This document shows, in pieces, positions 25,637-27,675 of a DNA stretch of 27,675 bases. Position 1 is the stretch's first letter. Every line of letters begins with the position of its first letter. Below the pieces are notes generated by a model. That model ran no database searches. It was not told the DNA's origin and worked only from the letters and a program-made list of their open reading frames with translations. This DNA comes from a virus (lineage: Duplodnaviria > Caudoviricetes), in IMG/VR virus record IMGVR_UViG_3300022821_000091, positions 1 through 27,675 of that record; one strand, 5' to 3'. A program made the translations under genes and the position numbers.

Positions 25637-26467
25637 ATGTTAGATATAATTTCTAAACGTAAACCAATGTCCGAAGAAACTAAAAGGAAAATATCATTAT
25701 CTTTAATTGGTAATCAATATTCTTTAGGATATAAACATTCAAAAGAAACAAACGATAAAATAAGTAAAGCTCGTCTTGGAATAAAATTATCTATTGATAC
25801 TAAAAATAAAATAAGTATTGCTCGTAGTGGCATGAAATTTACAAAAAAACATAAAAAAAATATATCTTTATCTCTTATTGGAAATAAATGTCATTTGGGA
25901 TGTAAGCACTCTGATGAATCTAAAAGAAAAACGAGTAAAGCTCATATAGGAAAAAAATTATCTAAAGAACATCGAGAAAAAATAGGTAAATCTAATATTG
26001 GTAAAAAAATGTCAGAACAAGCAAAGATAAAAATAAGTAAGTCTCATATTGGTGAAAAAAATCCAATGTGGGGAATTAATGGTATTAATCATCATAATTG
26101 GAAAGGTGGCATAACCCCACTATGTAATAAGATTAGAAGTTTACCTAAATCAAAATTATGGAGTAATAATATTTTTAAACGAGATAATTATACTTGTCAA
26201 AAATGTAAAAAGACTGGTAATAATTTAAATGCACATCATAAAATAAATTTTGCTTATATTATTAAAAATAATAACATTAGAACAATAGATGAAGCAAATA
26301 ATTGTGCAGAACTGTGGGATATTAATAATGGTATAACTTTATGCAAGAAATGTCATGATAAATTTCATAAAAAATATTCAAAAAAAAATAATACCATAGA
26401 GCAATTGTATAAGTTTTTACCAAGAACACCTAACATTTCAAGCACAATATTAAGAAAAATACTTTAG
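25637..26467 (+). CDS. NUMOD3-repeat HNH homing endonuclease
   Basis: Multiple HSxETKxKIS repeats, NWKGG, RDNYTCQKC, AHH, NGITLCKKCH. Confidence 0.9.
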   Translation: MLDIISKRKPMSEETKRKISLSLIGNQYSLGYKHSKETNDKISKARLGIKLSIDTKNKISIARSGMKFTKKHKKNISLSLIGNKCHLGCKHSDESKRKTSKAHIGKKLSKEHREKIGKSNIGKKMSEQAKIKISKSHIGEKNPMWGINGINHHNWKGGITPLCNKIRSLPKSKLWSNNIFKRDNYTCQKCKKTGNNLNAHHKINFAYIIKNNNIRTIDEANNCAELWDINNGITLCKKCHDKFHKKYSKKNNTIEQLYKFLPRTPNISSTILRKIL

Positions 26468-26476
26468 TATAGCTAA

Positions 26477-26491
26477 TACTTGTGCTATAAT
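26477..26491 (+). promoter_or_regulatory. Extended -10 promoter motif
   Basis: TACTTGTGCTATAAT, identical to 11773 copy. Confidence 0.7.
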
Positions 26492-26511
26492 ATATATATA
26501 ATATGTAATAT

Positions 26512-26553
26512 GAAGACAAATAAAGGCCATGTTTTGGCTAATTTGTCTTTTTT
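26512..26553 (+). terminator. Terminator-like hairpin in leader of tail gene
   Basis: GAAGACAAAT..GCCA-TGTTT-TGGC..ATTTGTCTTT then TTT. Confidence 0.55.
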
Positions 26554-26589
26554 AAAATAAATAGAAATTAAATAAGTAATATAAATAAT

Positions 26590-27675
26590 ATGGCTGATAA
26601 AAAAATAAGTGAATTAGATGCTATAACTAGTTCAACCTCTGATGCTGTTTTTCCATTGACTAATGATCCTGGTGTTACCCCTATAACAAAAAAAATAACG
26701 TATGCTAATTTAAGGGCTGCTATGAATGCCTCTCCAACCTTTACTGGGACAGTAACTTTACCAGCTAATGTTATATCACCAAGTAGTCACCAAGTTTCAG
26801 AAGAAGGGCTAGTCTTGGGAATGAACTTTAATACAGAAAACATCACAGGAACAGCAGGAGCAGAAACAGTGTTAGATAGTTCAGTATATAACAATCACGG
26901 TACAAACAACGGAGCAACTCACGACCCAGACGGAGGATTTAATGGTGGTGGTGCTTTTAGTTTTGATGGGACGAATGATACAATTGAAACTAGACTTATT
27001 AATTCTGTTCTAGGAAATAATTTTACAATTTCTTTTTGGGCTTATTTAAGTAATAACGATGATAATTACAGGAATATAATAAAAACAGCTGGTTGGAACG
27101 GAGCAGGAAATTTTATTATATATTACAGGTTAACAGTATTAAGTTTTGATATAAAAAATGACTCAGGAACTATCTTCTCAATACCTTATACATCATTTTC
27201 TAAATATAATCAGTGGGTTAATATAACAGTAAAAGCAGATAGTGATAACTACGTGCGAATGTATATTGACGGAGAATATTATAATCAAACATCTTTTACT
27301 GGAAGTCTAAACACAGCAGTAAATAAAGCTATTAGTATAGGTTCTTCTGACACAGGGTTAAGTGGTTCATTAGACAACGTAAAAATCTACAACAGAGCAT
27401 TATCAGCAGATGAAATAAAAGCTCAATATCTTCAAAGAGCAGAAGTTAAAGATAGTTATGTAAGTCAGAAAGATGTGTTTGTTGATAGTAGTGGTAATGT
27501 CGGTATTGGAACAATTAATCCAACAGAAAGGTTAGAAGTAGCTGGTGATATAAAAGCTGAAACTGTTATTTCTCCTATCTTAATAGGTGGAAAAGAAGAA
27601 GGAGATAAAATAATATATAAATCTACTCTTGGAATTGGTGGAACTACTGCTCATACTTGGAGAGGCGGTAATAAT
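26590..27675 (+). CDS. Tail fibre / receptor-binding protein with LamG domain (3' truncated, not in ORF track)
   Basis: MADKKISEL start; DSSVYNNHG, FSFDG, FTISFW, MYIDG, LDNVKIYNRALSADEI; GNVGIGTINPTERLEVAG fibre repeat; open to window end. Confidence 0.85.
   Translation, partial: MADKKISELDAITSSTSDAVFPLTNDPGVTPITKKITYANLRAAMNASPTFTGTVTLPANVISPSSHQVSEEGLVLGMNFNTENITGTAGAETVLDSSVYNNHGTNNGATHDPDGGFNGGGAFSFDGTNDTIETRLINSVLGNNFTISFWAYLSNNDDNYRNIIKTAGWNGAGNFIIYYRLTVLSFDIKNDSGTIFSIPYTSFSKYNQWVNITVKADSDNYVRMYIDGEYYNQTSFTGSLNTAVNKAISIGSSDTGLSGSLDNVKIYNRALSADEIKAQYLQRAEVKDSYVSQKDVFVDSSGNVGIGTINPTERLEVAGDIKAETVISPILIGGKEEGDKIIYKSTLGIGGTTAHTWRGGNN

Noticed and set aside
2865-26467. Group I introns around the HNH genes
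   Set aside because: HNH ORFs lie between intact genes and no P7-type core could be identified; treated as free-standing
1002-27675. Stop-codon reassignment
   Set aside because: Terminase, portal, capsid and enzymes are intact in the standard code; no suppressor tRNA seen

Overview
AT-rich segment of a tailed dsDNA phage genome (podovirus-like head module); all credible genes lie on the + strand. Layout: (1) 1-900 non-coding, G/T-skewed end/origin-like region with GTGTGGC repeats, a DnaA box and a leftward promoter into a rod-like RNA; (2) 1.0-6.4 kb small ORFs, an HU-like protein, an HNH nuclease, tRNA-Met, a tRNA-like element and several structured RNAs; (3) terS/terL/portal/scaffold/major capsid; (4) a beta-sandwich protein with a 186-residue pure Ser/Thr tail; (5) a holin-flanked papain-like peptidase; (6) a 7-kb glycosyltransferase/methyltransferase/LicD/cytidylyltransferase cluster with two more HNH genes; (7) a LamG tail-fibre gene running off the end. 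Most novel-looking signals: four separate ORFs each enclosed by its own 25-33 nt long-range inverted repeat whose imperfections are largely G-U wobbles (RNA stems joining 5' and 3' UTRs, three preceded by boxA-like motifs directly after tRNA-like/structured RNAs); a mucin-like virion protein next to a LicD/TagD glycosylation cluster; and an unannotated 44-aa ORF copying the N-terminal arm of the capsid protein. All assignments are by eye from motifs; no database searches or folding computations were run.
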